Notes: generated by a model not told the origin, from the letters alone. Shown: positions 9,064 to 18,606, numbered from the stretch's first letter. The stretch: DNA of 64,000 nucleotides from an uncultured Syntrophales bacterium (GCA_964494155.1 CAZBQX010000005.1:7713-71712), one strand, 5' to 3'. Translations and numbers: made by a program.

Positions 9064-10041
9064 GTGGTAAAAGCATTACCCGTCAATAAACTGAAAATCG
9101 GCATGTTTGTCCTGATGCCTGTGTCATGGACGGACCATCCCTTCTTAAAAAGTCAATTTCTTTTAACCTCCCAAGACCAGATCCAAAAGATTATCGGGGC
9201 GGGTATGAAGGAAGTACGGGTGGACTTCAGTCAGAGCCGCGTGGCCGATGAAGAGCCGAAACCCGTACCGGTCGTACCGGAGAAACCAAAGCAAGCGATC
9301 GTACCGGAAGGATTGCGGGAAAGCATTTTCGACAAGAAGCTGCCCCCTCTGACGAAGGCAAAACAGGTTCATGAATATTCGGGGGAAATGATCAAGAATC
9401 TTATGGACAATCCCTCGGCAGAAAATATTCGTGAGACGAAGCGCGCGGTTAACGATGTGGTCGATCTCATCCTGGACGATATGGAAACGAGTCAGCACCT
9501 GATGATGATCACGGACCACGATTACTACACCTACACCCATTCCGTGCATGTCGGCGTCCTTTCCGTTTGCCTTGCGCGTAATCTTTTCCGGCGCTCCAAC
9601 GCCCACGATCTCCACGAACTGGGGGCCGGATTTTTCCTTCATGATCTGGGTAAGGTCCGGATCGATCAGGGAATAATCAATAAGCCGGGGAAGTTGACGG
9701 ACGAGGAAATGGGGGAGATGAAAAGGCACCCCAACCTGGGATTTAAGATCCTGCAGGAAACCAAACAGATGACGCAAGAGTCGAAGATTATCGTCCTGCA
9801 GCATCATGAGCGCTTTGACGGCACCGGCTACCCCAAAGGCATTCGGGGAAATGACCTGCATGTTTATGGGAAGATCTGTGCCATCGCCGATGTCTACGAT
9901 GCCCTGACGACGGATCGTCCATACCGGAAGAAAATGCAACCCTTCGAAGGGCTGAAAATCATGAAGGAGCAGATGCTCCACCATTTTCAGCAGGATATGT
10001 TCGAACAGTTCGTCCTCATGATTGCGGGCTGGAAGAATTAA
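9064..10041 (+). CDS. HD-GYP domain c-di-GMP phosphodiesterase with a DUF3391-type N-terminal domain
   Basis: HDLGK...HHERFDGTGYPKG motifs; N-terminus LPVNKLKIGMFVLMPVSWTDHPFL is DUF3391-like. I prefer the GTG at 9064, which sits 6 nt after GGAGGG, over the track's TTG at 9007. Confidence 0.85.
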   Translation: MVKALPVNKLKIGMFVLMPVSWTDHPFLKSQFLLTSQDQIQKIIGAGMKEVRVDFSQSRVADEEPKPVPVVPEKPKQAIVPEGLRESIFDKKLPPLTKAKQVHEYSGEMIKNLMDNPSAENIRETKRAVNDVVDLILDDMETSQHLMMITDHDYYTYTHSVHVGVLSVCLARNLFRRSNAHDLHELGAGFFLHDLGKVRIDQGIINKPGKLTDEEMGEMKRHPNLGFKILQETKQMTQESKIIVLQHHERFDGTGYPKGIRGNDLHVYGKICAIADVYDALTTDRPYRKKMQPFEGLKIMKEQMLHHFQQDMFEQFVLMIAGWKN

Positions 10042-10148
10042 TTCCGCCGAATTGTCCCCATCGGAAAGTTATCATTACCAAACCTTCACTTTTCTTCTCT
10101 TTTTCCCATTTATCCCATTTTGACAAACTATCACCCATTATTTTCCTC

Positions 10149-10176
10149 TAAAGTTATTTGTCGATAATACCGACAA
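10149..10176 (+). promoter_or_regulatory. Candidate sigma-28 (FliA) promoter upstream of the HTH-MCP genes
   Basis: TAAAGTTA-N12-ACCGACAA, which is TAAA-N16-aCCGAcAA against the consensus TAAA-N15-GCCGATAA. The spacer length equals that of the cheW promoter in this window. The -10 match is imperfect (6/8). Confidence 0.3.
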
Positions 10177-10296
10177 TATGATCAATACGGAATAAGGGAG
10201 CATTGGGCTTATTTCTGTTTGAGCATGCAAGGGTAAAAGGAGAAAAACCATGTCAAAACACTTTTCGGTTCACCAGAGCTAAGCGGGGGACGAATT

Positions 10297-10509
10297 ATGG
10301 CAAGAATAGTGACAGCGAAGGAAGTAGCGGAATATCTGCGGCTGAATCAAAATACGATCATTAATCTGGCCGTTAAGGGCGATTTGCCAGGATTTAAGAT
10401 CGGGAAATCCTGGCGCTTCGATATGGATGAAATTATTGCAACGATTGAAGAATCGAAGGAAAAATCGCGGAACAGTCATCCTTTAACGAAAGCTGATGAA
10501 AACGATTAG
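10297..10509 (+). CDS. Small HTH DNA-binding protein (excisionase/MerR-like HTH_17 type)
   Basis: 70 aa. TAKEVAEYLRLNQNTIINLAVKGDLPGFKIGKSWRF is the classic HTH_17 pattern. The gene lies 45 nt upstream of the MCP gene. Confidence 0.7.
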   Translation: MARIVTAKEVAEYLRLNQNTIINLAVKGDLPGFKIGKSWRFDMDEIIATIEESKEKSRNSHPLTKADEND

Positions 10510-10554
10510 GCACGGGGGGCCACAACTAATTCTTCTTAAGGACGAGGTGCGTTT

Positions 10555-12180
10555 ATGAAAAAAATGAAATTGAGTGTCAAGTTGATCGGCAGTTTCTGTC
10601 TTGTCTCCCTGATGTTACTCGTTGGGGGATTCATCGGCGTTTCCAACATCATGTATCTGAATAAAAACATCACAACACTCTATACCATCAACACCAAACC
10701 CCTGGTGGCGATGGGTGACATATCCGAATTATGGCAAGAATTACGCGCTGAAATTCGCAATGCCTATATTCAGAGATTTGTGTACGGCAAAGATATTGCG
10801 CGCGAACTGGAAAAAATCGCCGTCATCAACGAACGGGGAAAGAAGGATTTGGCCGAGGTCGGCGCGACGTTAACGGAGGGAGAAATCAAAAAGGAATATG
10901 ATCATCTGATCAGTCTGTTTATGCGCCAGAATCCGAACTTGGAAAAGCTCATCAAAATGATTAACGATAACATGAAGGACGAAGCCATGGCCTTCATGGA
11001 GGGCGAAGTCACGACGGTGGAAAACCAGATTACCGATTCGTTCCATAAAATCATAAACATGGAGGTCCAGCAGGCCGACGCCACCATGCAGGCCAGTACG
11101 TCCCGTGCTAACATGGCCACCTGGTTTGCCTCGGTGTCGACGATCCTGGCATTTATTGTGGCGGTTGGGATCGGTATCTTTATGAGTCTCATGATTACCC
11201 GTCCTATTGGCCGGGTGATTGATGGATTGAACGAGGGCGCGGAGCAGGTCACCGCCGCTGCCTCGCAGGTGGCGACATCGAGCCAGCACCTGGCAGACGG
11301 CAGTTCTAATCAGGCGTCGGCCATTGAAGAGACCTCGTCTTCCCTGGAAGAGATGTCGTCCATGACCCGTCAGAATGCCGATAATGCGCAACTGGCCAAT
11401 GACATGATGACGAAGGAAGCGGCCACCAATTTCCAGTTGATATCGGAACGGATGGGGACGATGGAAAAGGCCATGCAGGCCTCGGTCGGGGCCAGCGAGG
11501 AGACGGCCAAGGTTATCAAGACGATTGACGAAATTGCTTTCCAGACCAATTTGCTGGCTTTGAATGCCGCCGTGGAAGCGGCCCGGGCAGGTGAGGCCGG
11601 CGCCGGGTTCGCCGTTGTCGCAGATGAAGTCCGTAATCTGGCCATGCGTGCGACGGAGGCGGCGAAAAACACCCAGGATTTGATTACCAATTCAACCGGT
11701 CGGATCAAGGAAGCGACCTCTTTGTACGGACAGGTATCCGAAGCGATGGGTAAAAACGGTGAAATTGCGCAAAAGGTGACGGAACTGATCGGCGAGATCG
11801 CGGCGGCATCCCGAGAGCAGGCTCAGGGAATCAGCCAGGTCAATTCTGCGGTTGTGGAGATGGACAAGGTGGCCCAGCAGACGGCGGCGTCGGCTGAGGA
11901 ATCGGCGAGTGCGGCGGAAGAGTTGAACGCCCAGGCCGAGCAGATGAAGAGTTATGTTGGTGATCTGGTTATGCTGATCGGCGGTGGGGAACAGGACGGC
12001 GCACCGGCGCCGGTGAGACGCCAAGCGGCGATCCGGAAGGTCTTGGCGCGCAGTAAGTCGCCGAAGACGAAGAGCCTGGTTAAGCATCAACACCAAGCGG
12101 GAATATCCTCCGGTAAGGATAAAGTCGTCCGGCCGGATCAGATTATCCCTCTGGAGGACGGCGATTTTAAGGATTTTTAG
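10555..12180 (+). CDS. Methyl-accepting chemotaxis protein
   Basis: Two TM helices flank a helical periplasmic domain of about 170 aa. A HAMP domain follows, then a signalling domain with the conserved hairpin tip [38 protein letters not shown]. Confidence 0.9.
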   Translation: MKKMKLSVKLIGSFCLVSLMLLVGGFIGVSNIMYLNKNITTLYTINTKPLVAMGDISELWQELRAEIRNAYIQRFVYGKDIARELEKIAVINERGKKDLAEVGATLTEGEIKKEYDHLISLFMRQNPNLEKLIKMINDNMKDEAMAFMEGEVTTVENQITDSFHKIINMEVQQADATMQASTSRANMATWFASVSTILAFIVAVGIGIFMSLMITRPIGRVIDGLNEGAEQVTAAASQVATSSQHLADGSSNQASAIEETSSSLEEMSSMTRQNADNAQLANDMMTKEAATNFQLISERMGTMEKAMQASVGASEETAKVIKTIDEIAFQTNLLALNAAVEAARAGEAGAGFAVVADEVRNLAMRATEAAKNTQDLITNSTGRIKEATSLYGQVSEAMGKNGEIAQKVTELIGEIAAASREQAQGISQVNSAVVEMDKVAQQTAASAEESASAAEELNAQAEQMKSYVGDLVMLIGGGEQDGAPAPVRRQAAIRKVLARSKSPKTKSLVKHQHQAGISSGKDKVVRPDQIIPLEDGDFKDF

Positions 12181-12258
12181 GCACTGCTGTCGGGAGAGCA
12201 GGCCGTTGCAGGTAAATTAGGATGATTTCATAGAGTCTTGCATGCAATAGGGGCGAAT

Positions 12259-13119
12259 ATGCTTACACCGCAGGAATTGATCGTCAAGGTTAACGGATCG
12301 GACATCGCGTCTATTCGGGGAATATTGAACAAAATTATCGATGTTGCCCTTGATCCGAATTCAAATGCCATTGATTTGAAAAACCTGATCGAAACCGATC
12401 CGCCCCTGACGGCCAAGATCCTGCGGCGGGCAAACTCGGTCTATTATGGGATGCCGCGAAAAGTAGCCGACATCCTGGAATCGATCATGTTCATCGGTTT
12501 CGAATCGGTCAAGGAATTGGCAATCAGTCAGGCCGTGGTCGATCTGTTCCAGAACGGGGCAGTCAGTTCGGGACGCTATTCCCGGAACGCCCTGTGGGTG
12601 CATTCCGTGGCAGTTGCCAGTTGTGGAAAACTCATCGCCAGAAGGGAGTTGCGCAAAAACGGCAACGAGATTTACACGGCGGGGCTCCTTCACGATATCG
12701 GCCTGATTGTAATCGATCAGTTTCTGCGGAATGATTTTCTTAACATGATCAAAGCAATGGAACACCAAAATCATCCCATCTGGCAGGCGGAAGAAGATGT
12801 TTTCCAGTTCTGCCATGACGAGATCGGCGGGCTGCTGCTTAAGGAGTGGAATTTTCCCGACAGCATCAGCCTCGCGGTCCGCGATGCCGAAAGGCCCACG
12901 CAGGATCATTTGGACCGGCACGAAGCGACGGCTCTGCTTCATATGGCGCACTTTTGCTGCCGGGAAAGAAAACTGGGTTATATTGAAGCCATGCCACTGG
13001 ACGACGAATTATATCAATTTTGTCTCGAGAAATTCGGCATCGAGGAACGGGCGATGGATTTCATCATGGACGATGTCGAAGAGCAGATTCACCAGATGGT
13101 TGAGCATGACTGGTTCTAG
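12259..13119 (+). CDS. HDOD domain protein
   Basis: ILNKIIDVALDPNSNAIDLKNLIETDPPLTAKILRRANSVYYG...AGLLHDIGLIV is typical of HDOD. The ATG at 12259 is preferred to the track's TTG at 12238. The 3' end overlaps the next gene by 14 nt. Confidence 0.8.
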   Translation: MLTPQELIVKVNGSDIASIRGILNKIIDVALDPNSNAIDLKNLIETDPPLTAKILRRANSVYYGMPRKVADILESIMFIGFESVKELAISQAVVDLFQNGAVSSGRYSRNALWVHSVAVASCGKLIARRELRKNGNEIYTAGLLHDIGLIVIDQFLRNDFLNMIKAMEHQNHPIWQAEEDVFQFCHDEIGGLLLKEWNFPDSISLAVRDAERPTQDHLDRHEATALLHMAHFCCRERKLGYIEAMPLDDELYQFCLEKFGIEERAMDFIMDDVEEQIHQMVEHDWF

Positions 13120-14566
13120 AAAGAGAAAAAAACCGGAAGGCCGGCCCTCCATCCATGAACTGGAGACAAAGCTCCAGGATATGGAGATTCAGCTTCGGCA
13201 TATCGAAAATGAAAACCGGCTGTCCAAAAGTGAATCACGCGCGGCAACACTCAAATATATTGAAATCATGGAGGAGCTGCGTCGGAAAAATGAATCCCTT
13301 GAGGCATTGAAAAATGAGCTGGAGGAGCGGGTTAAAGTCCGCACGTCTTCCCTGGAGGCTTCCAATAAAGCCCTCATGGAAGAAATCGAGAAAAATCGCG
13401 CCATTCAGAATGAATTAAGGGAAAAGGATAAAAAACTTCTTTATGCCCAGAAAATGGAGGCCGTCGGCACCCTGGCCGGAGGGATTGCTCATGATTTCAA
13501 TAATTTGCTGATGTGTGTTCAGGGAAACATTTCTCTGGTGCTTCTGGGAATGGATTCAGCACATTTGCATTACGACAAAATCAGAAATATCGAAGAGCAG
13601 GTGAAAAGCGGCGTTTCCCTGACCCGCCAACTCCTGAATTTTGCCGTTCAGCGGGAACAGGAATTCTCTCCCGTCGACCTCAATGAAATCATTTCCAAAA
13701 CCGCGGCCATGTTTGCCAGAACGCGCAAGGAAATCGCCATTGAAATGCATTTCGATGACGATATAGGCTTGGTCAATGCGGATAAAGGACAGATTGAACA
13801 AGTCCTCCTCAATCTTTATGTGAACGCTTCTCAGGCGATGCCCGGCGGCGGCCAATTGACCCTGCAGACGGAGAGCGTTTCCCTCTCTGCGGAGGAAGCC
13901 CGTCTGTTCTTTGTGGAGGAGGGGTCTTACGTTAAGGTGTCTGTCGCGGACACGGGAGTGGGCATGGATGAAAAGACCCGGGAACGGATTTTCGATCCCT
14001 TTTTCACGACCAAGGAAATGGGCCGCGGGTATGGTTTGGGTTTGGCGTCGGTTTACGGCATTGTCAAGGGACACCACGGTTTTGTCGATGTGCAAAGTCA
14101 GAAAGGCAAGGGTTCGACTTTTCTCTTTTACCTGCCGAAAAGCACCGCAGCTTATAAAGAGCAGGAAACACCCGTCAAGGAAGCGATCTTGAAAGGACAA
14201 GAAACCGTTCTTTTCGTGGATGACGAGCAGACGATTATTGAAGTCATGCAGGACATTCTGGAAGCCTTGGGTTACCGTGTCCTTACGGCGAACAGCGGGG
14301 AGGACGCGGTGAAAATCTACGATTCGATGAAAGGGGAGATCGATCTGGTGATTCTGGACGTCATCATGCCGGGGATGGGCGGTATGGAAACCTTTGAGGC
14401 CATCAAGGCCAGAAATGCCGATGTGAAGGTCATTCTCAGCAGCGGCTACAGTGTCAACCACATTGCCAAAGAGATCATGGACCGGGGGTGTCGGGCGTTT
14501 ATCCAGAAACCTTTCAACATTGAAACCATTTCCAAGAAGGTCAGGGACGTTTTGCAGGAAGCCTAA
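13106..14566 (+). CDS. Soluble hybrid histidine kinase (coiled coil-HisKA-HATPase-REC)
   Basis: H-box GIAHDFNNLL, N-box LLNLYVNASQAM, G-boxes DTGVGM and GRGYGLGL, and a C-terminal receiver VLFVDDE...LVILDVIMPGMGG...FIQKPF. The track's ORF start at 12797 overlaps the HDOD gene out of frame, so the ATG at 13106 is the likely start. Confidence 0.85.
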   Translation: MTGSRKRKKPEGRPSIHELETKLQDMEIQLRHIENENRLSKSESRAATLKYIEIMEELRRKNESLEALKNELEERVKVRTSSLEASNKALMEEIEKNRAIQNELREKDKKLLYAQKMEAVGTLAGGIAHDFNNLLMCVQGNISLVLLGMDSAHLHYDKIRNIEEQVKSGVSLTRQLLNFAVQREQEFSPVDLNEIISKTAAMFARTRKEIAIEMHFDDDIGLVNADKGQIEQVLLNLYVNASQAMPGGGQLTLQTESVSLSAEEARLFFVEEGSYVKVSVADTGVGMDEKTRERIFDPFFTTKEMGRGYGLGLASVYGIVKGHHGFVDVQSQKGKGSTFLFYLPKSTAAYKEQETPVKEAILKGQETVLFVDDEQTIIEVMQDILEALGYRVLTANSGEDAVKIYDSMKGEIDLVILDVIMPGMGGMETFEAIKARNADVKVILSSGYSVNHIAKEIMDRGCRAFIQKPFNIETISKKVRDVLQEA

Positions 14567-14583
14567 GAAACGTACATAAGGCG

Positions 14584-15963
14584 TTAATCACCCAACTGGA
14601 ACCGTTTCAGCTTTTCCACCAGGGTGGTGCGATTCAAGGCCAAGAGTTTTGCCGCCTTATTCTTGACCCCACCGCTCAATTCCAGCGCTTTCAGGAGCAG
14701 GTCTTTTTCAAACTGTGTGACCGCTGCATTGTAATCGAAGCCTTCTTCCGGCAGATCCAGGATTTGGGGCGCCTTTTCCGTCCGGTATTGATGGCGGATT
14801 TTGTCGGGAAGATCGTCTATCGTAATCTCATCGCTGGTTTTCATCACGACGAGCATTTCCATCAGGTTCTGTAACTCCCTGACATTACCCGGCCAGGGAT
14901 ACTGGATCAGGCAGGCCATCGCTTCCTGTGAAACGACGCCCGGTCTTTTCCCCTTTTTCGCGCTGATCTCATGGAGAAAATGATTGGCCAGGATGGCGAT
15001 ATCCGGTCCTCTTTCCCTTAGCGGGGGCAGGTAGATGGGAATGACATTGATCCGGTAGAAGAGATCTTCCCGGAATTTCTTTTCTTCCACTGCTTTTTCC
15101 AGGTTCTGGTGGGTGGCGGCAATAATCCGCACATCCGCCTCAAAGGTTTTCACCCCGCCGATTCTTTCATACTGCTTTTCCTGGATCGCCCGCAGCACCT
15201 TGACCTGAAGCGACGGACTCATGTCGCCGATTTCGTCAAGGAAGAGGGTGCCTCCCTGGGCCAGCTCGAATCTTCCGGCGCGGCTGCGGATTGCACCGGT
15301 GAAGGCGCCTTTTTCATGGCCGAACAGTTCGCTCTCCAGCAGATCTTCGGGGATGGCGCCGCAGTTGACCGGAACCAGAGGGTTGTTTTTGCGCGAACTG
15401 TTGAAATGAATCGCCTTGGCCACCAGTTCTTTGCCGGTTCCGCTTTCGCCGTAGATCAGCACGGTGCTGTCCGAATCGGCGACTTTCTCGATCGTCGAGA
15501 ACACTTTTTTCATGCAGTCGCTGTAGCCCAGGAGTTTTCCCAGATCGTATTTTTCCTTCAGATGATCCCGAAGATGAACGTTTTCCTCCCGAAGCTGCGC
15601 ATAGGATACGGCTCTTTGGACGGTAATACGTACCAGATCGTCTTTCAACGGTTTGGAGATAAAGTCAAAGGCCCCCAGTTTCATTGCCTCCACGGCATTG
15701 TTGACGGTGCCATAACCGGTAATGATGATGACCACATGATCCGGCGCCATTTCCTTGGCGAAGCGCAGCAACTCCAGACCGTCCACATGGGGCATCTGCA
15801 GATCCGTAATGGTGATGTCGTAATGGTCTTCAAGGAAGGCTTTCATTGCTTCCCGGCCGTCTTCAACGGTTTTTACATCATAACCGCTGGCGGTCATCAG
15901 TTCGGACAGATTCTGGCGGCTGAGTTCGTTGTCGTCAACGATGAGAATTTTGGCTTTTTTCAT
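14584..15963 (-). CDS. Sigma-54-dependent response regulator (NtrC family: REC-AAA+-Fis HTH)
   Basis: REC domain (KILIVDDNE...[13 protein letters not shown]), Walker A GESGTGKE, the sigma-54 contact loop GAFTGA, and a C-terminal [22 protein letters not shown]. The likely start is MKKAKILIV at 15963. Confidence 0.9.
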   Translation of the reverse strand: MKKAKILIVDDNELSRQNLSELMTASGYDVKTVEDGREAMKAFLEDHYDITITDLQMPHVDGLELLRFAKEMAPDHVVIIITGYGTVNNAVEAMKLGAFDFISKPLKDDLVRITVQRAVSYAQLREENVHLRDHLKEKYDLGKLLGYSDCMKKVFSTIEKVADSDSTVLIYGESGTGKELVAKAIHFNSSRKNNPLVPVNCGAIPEDLLESELFGHEKGAFTGAIRSRAGRFELAQGGTLFLDEIGDMSPSLQVKVLRAIQEKQYERIGGVKTFEADVRIIAATHQNLEKAVEEKKFREDLFYRINVIPIYLPPLRERGPDIAILANHFLHEISAKKGKRPGVVSQEAMACLIQYPWPGNVRELQNLMEMLVVMKTSDEITIDDLPDKIRHQYRTEKAPQILDLPEEGFDYNAAVTQFEKDLLLKALELSGGVKNKAAKLLALNRTTLVEKLKRFQLGD

Positions 15964-16063
15964 GCAGTTTTCCTGGGTGCAGCATTTATTTAATGACAAA
16001 GGCTAAAAAACAGCCGAAACGTCGCGCCGCGGTGCATATTACTAAAATATTGGCAAAAAAGAG

Positions 16064-16091
16064 TAAAGTTTTTTCTTTGCTGTGCCGATAC
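16064..16091 (+). promoter_or_regulatory. Sigma-28 (FliA) promoter upstream of cheW
   Basis: TAAAGTTT-N12-GCCGATAC (TAAA-N16-GCCGATAc) against the consensus TAAAGTTT-N11-GCCGATAA. It sits about 140 nt upstream of the cheW ATG, and fliA is encoded in this window. Confidence 0.55.
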
Positions 16092-16233
16092 TTAAAATAT
16101 CGTTACATTGGATTATATGGTAACACCATCGCGCCCCATTTAAGGAGTCTAACTTAACAGAAATATGACGTCTTTAAAAGGTGAAAAGAGCCAAAATACT
16201 AACTCATGTCAATAAATTTATGAGAGGTAGAAA

Positions 16234-16752
16234 ATGAATGAAACGGAAGAGATCGTAAATCAGGTCAGGAAATCGGGATCGGACAGAGAAGGCAAATATC
16301 TGACTTTTTCCCTGGCGGGAGAGGAATACGGCATCGGCATTCTCAAGGTCAAGGAAATTATCGGGATGATGCCGATTACCCATGTGCCGCAGACCCCCGA
16401 TTATGTCAAGGGGGTGGTGAATCTGCGCGGCAAAGTCATCCCCGTTGTCGATCTGCGCCTCAAATTTGGTATTGAACCCATTGATTATACGGAGAGGACC
16501 TGCATCATTGTCGTCGAAATCATCCATGCCAATAAGACGATATCGATGGGCATTGTGGTGGATTCCGTTTCCGAAGTGCTGAATATCAAAAGCGGCGATA
16601 TCGAGGATACCCCCTCTTTTGGTACGAAACTCAAGACGGAATTCATTTTGGGTATGGCCAAAACGGGATCGAACGTCAAAATTCTGTTGGATATCGATCT
16701 GGTGCTGGCTGATGAAGACGTGGCCGCCATGGAGAAGGCGGACCTCGTCTAA
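16234..16752 (+). CDS. cheW: Chemotaxis coupling protein CheW
   Basis: GKYLTFSLAGEEYGIGILKVKEIIGMMPITHVPQTPDYVKGVVNLRGKVIPVVDLR is a canonical CheW domain. Confidence 0.9.
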   Translation: MNETEEIVNQVRKSGSDREGKYLTFSLAGEEYGIGILKVKEIIGMMPITHVPQTPDYVKGVVNLRGKVIPVVDLRLKFGIEPIDYTERTCIIVVEIIHANKTISMGIVVDSVSEVLNIKSGDIEDTPSFGTKLKTEFILGMAKTGSNVKILLDIDLVLADEDVAAMEKADLV

Positions 16753-16872
16753 ATTTCTGCAGACGGGAATAATGCTGGCCACAGATGGACCTGTAAAACA
16801 ATGAGTCAGCGGATCGCCCCTCACAGAAAGGGGCGGGACACCGAATCAATCATCGCAAATCGCGGGTAAGTT

Positions 16873-17139
16873 ATGGAGAAAACATTTTTTTCGACATCAG
16901 AGGTTGCTGATCTGTTCGGTATAAGCCGTGTTACGGTTTATCGCTGGGTCAAGGACGGAAAGATTCAGGCCTTTGGGTTGGGGAAAAATTTGAAGATTCC
17001 TCTGTTTGAAATTAAACGCCTCCTGCAAGATTTCGGCATTGCCGATCTTTCGTCCAACGATCTGGACGGCATTCTGAAGGATCATGGTGTGCGGGAAATT
17101 ATCCAGGCAACGGCGAAGGACGGCAAGCCGGATCTTTAG
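16873..17139 (+). CDS. Small HTH DNA-binding protein (excisionase/MerR-like HTH_17 type), second copy
   Basis: 88 aa. FSTSEVADLFGISRVTVYRWVKDGKIQAFGLGKNLKI matches the HTH_17 pattern. The gene sits between cheW and the cheR operon promoter. Confidence 0.65.
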   Translation: MEKTFFSTSEVADLFGISRVTVYRWVKDGKIQAFGLGKNLKIPLFEIKRLLQDFGIADLSSNDLDGILKDHGVREIIQATAKDGKPDL

Positions 17140-17213
17140 CCGCCTGTTTGGCGACCCGCTGATTTCATCCAGGCCAATGTCCAACCGGGCACGTGAAAAG
17201 AAATGATAACGGC

Positions 17214-17229
17214 TGGTTCGTATTTTGCT
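17214..17229 (+). promoter_or_regulatory. Sigma-54 promoter upstream of the cheR operon
   Basis: TGGTTCGTATTTTGCT, with the GG and GC elements 12 nt apart as in the TGGCAC-N5-TTGCW consensus. The -12 element lies 59 nt upstream of the cheR ATG. Confidence 0.5.
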
Positions 17230-17286
17230 TATAGAAGTTGTCCATTCTTGAGGGGTTGTTTTAACTGATTAAAGGTTGCTTTGAAT

Positions 17287-18117
17287 ATGGCGATGCTTGC
17301 GGAACTTAAAGAAACGGATTTTCAGAAAATCAGCCGTCTTGTCTACGAGCAATGCGGTATCAATCTGCATGACGGGAAGAAAGAACTGGTCAAGGCCCGC
17401 CTGGGGAAACGCCTCCGGGAAGGGAATTTTGCTTCCTTTTCCGAGTATTATAAGTATGTGACAACCAACGAAGGTCAAGATGAACTGGTCATGATGATTG
17501 ATTCTCTCTCCACGAATCTGACCTATTTCTTTCGGGAGGCAGCGCATTTTGACAAGTTGCGGGCGGTCCTGCCCGAGATGGTCAACAATCATCAGGCAAG
17601 TCGGAGAGGGGCGCCCTTTCAGATCTGGAGCGCCGGCTGTTCTTCCGGTGAGGAGCCCTATTCCCTCGCAATCATTGTGAAGGAAATCCTGGGGGACAAA
17701 AATCCGGCTGTTTCGATTTTGGCCACGGATATTTCGACCCGTGTGCTCCAGACGGCGATTCGTGGGGTCTTCCCGCGGGAGCGGATGAAAAATGTGCCCG
17801 ATGCCATCATCAGGAAGTATTTCCAGTACGGTTCCGGTAAATGGAGCGGGTTTTATCAGGTTAAGAAAGAAATACGGGATATGGTGCGTTTTTTGAGATT
17901 CAATCTCATGGAGCCGCCGCCGGCGGATTTCGTCTCCGACGTCATTTTTTGCCGGAATGTGATGATTTATTTTGACAAACCCACACAGGAAATGCTGGTC
18001 AACCGTATTCACCAGATCCTGAACAAGGGCGGTTATTTTTTTGTCGGTCATTCGGAAAGTTTGACAGGGTTAAACCATTCTTTTAATTATATCGAACCGA
18101 GTGTTTATCGAAAATAA
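17287..18117 (+). CDS. cheR: Chemotaxis protein methyltransferase CheR
   Basis: N-terminal helical domain followed by a SAM-dependent methyltransferase fold (FQIWSAGCSSGEEPYSLAI, ILATDIS, DVIFCRNVMIYFD). Confidence 0.9.
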   Translation: MAMLAELKETDFQKISRLVYEQCGINLHDGKKELVKARLGKRLREGNFASFSEYYKYVTTNEGQDELVMMIDSLSTNLTYFFREAAHFDKLRAVLPEMVNNHQASRRGAPFQIWSAGCSSGEEPYSLAIIVKEILGDKNPAVSILATDISTRVLQTAIRGVFPRERMKNVPDAIIRKYFQYGSGKWSGFYQVKKEIRDMVRFLRFNLMEPPPADFVSDVIFCRNVMIYFDKPTQEMLVNRIHQILNKGGYFFVGHSESLTGLNHSFNYIEPSVYRK

Positions 18118-18121
18118 ACTT

Positions 18122-18604
18122 ATGGCTGATTTGATCGTTGGAATTTCGGATTTGAAGGTTAGCAACAACCCCGGCGATATCCTGGTAACCTTTGCTTTGG
18201 GGTCCTGCATTGCCGTCGCCATTTATGATCCCCTGGTGAAGGTGGGAGGATTGCTGCATTATATGCTGCCGGATTCGACGCTGGATTTAAAAAAAGCACA
18301 GGACCAACCGGGGATGTTTGCCGATACGGGCGTGCCTCTGCTGTTTAAGTCCTGTTATCGTTTGGGCGCGGAGAAAAAGAGGATGGTCGTAAAAGTGGCC
18401 GGCGGCGCCAGCATTCTTGACGACACCAATTTCTTTCGAATCGGGCAGAAGAACATTACGGCCCTGCGGAAGATATTCTGGAAAAACAACGTCATGATTG
18501 AAGCGGAAGACACCGGCGCCAACTACAACCGGACCGTGCGCTTGGACCTGTCGACCGGGAAGTTCCTGGTTAAAAGTTCAATGGGAATGATGAAGGAATT
18601 GTAA
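18122..18604 (+). CDS. cheD: Chemoreceptor glutamine deamidase CheD (copy 1)
   Basis: ILVTFALGSCIAVAIYDPLVKVGGLLHYMLP contains the catalytic Cys context. The ATG lies 4 nt after the cheR stop. Confidence 0.85.
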   Translation: MADLIVGISDLKVSNNPGDILVTFALGSCIAVAIYDPLVKVGGLLHYMLPDSTLDLKKAQDQPGMFADTGVPLLFKSCYRLGAEKKRMVVKVAGGASILDDTNFFRIGQKNITALRKIFWKNNVMIEAEDTGANYNRTVRLDLSTGKFLVKSSMGMMKEL

Positions 18605-18606
18605 TC

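Noticed and set aside
8688-9089. ORFs 8688-9089 (plus strand, 133 aa) and 8759-9076 (minus strand, 105 aa) in the permease/HD-GYP intergenic region
   Set aside because: Both have implausible composition and no RBS. The region is better explained by the 37-codon Thx gene (8680-8793) plus divergent promoters.
10250-10282. 10-codon upstream ORF (MSKHFSVHQS) as a real leader peptide
   Set aside because: The RBS is good, but a 10-codon ORF is easily produced by chance and I cannot see an associated attenuator structure. I mention it only as context in the HTH finding.
12797-13105. 5' extension of the hybrid kinase ORF as listed in the track (start at 12797)
   Set aside because: The extension overlaps the HDOD gene out of frame and encodes Cys/Arg/Ser/Trp-rich nonsense. 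The kinase most likely starts at the ATG at 13106.
13556-15993. Long antisense ORFs 13556-14461 (minus strand, 301 aa) and 15109-15993 (plus strand, 294 aa)
   Set aside because: They lie opposite the hybrid kinase and the NtrC-type activator respectively. They have no motifs and the biased composition typical of antisense frames.
10297-17139. The two excisionase-family HTH genes as markers of a prophage or integrative element
   Set aside because: I could recognise no integrase, recombinase, transposase, phage structural gene, tRNA target or flanking direct repeat anywhere in the window.
16204-18051. ORFs 16204-16824 (minus strand, 206 aa) and 17269-18051 (minus strand, 260 aa)
   Set aside because: They are antisense to cheW and cheR, which are unambiguous.
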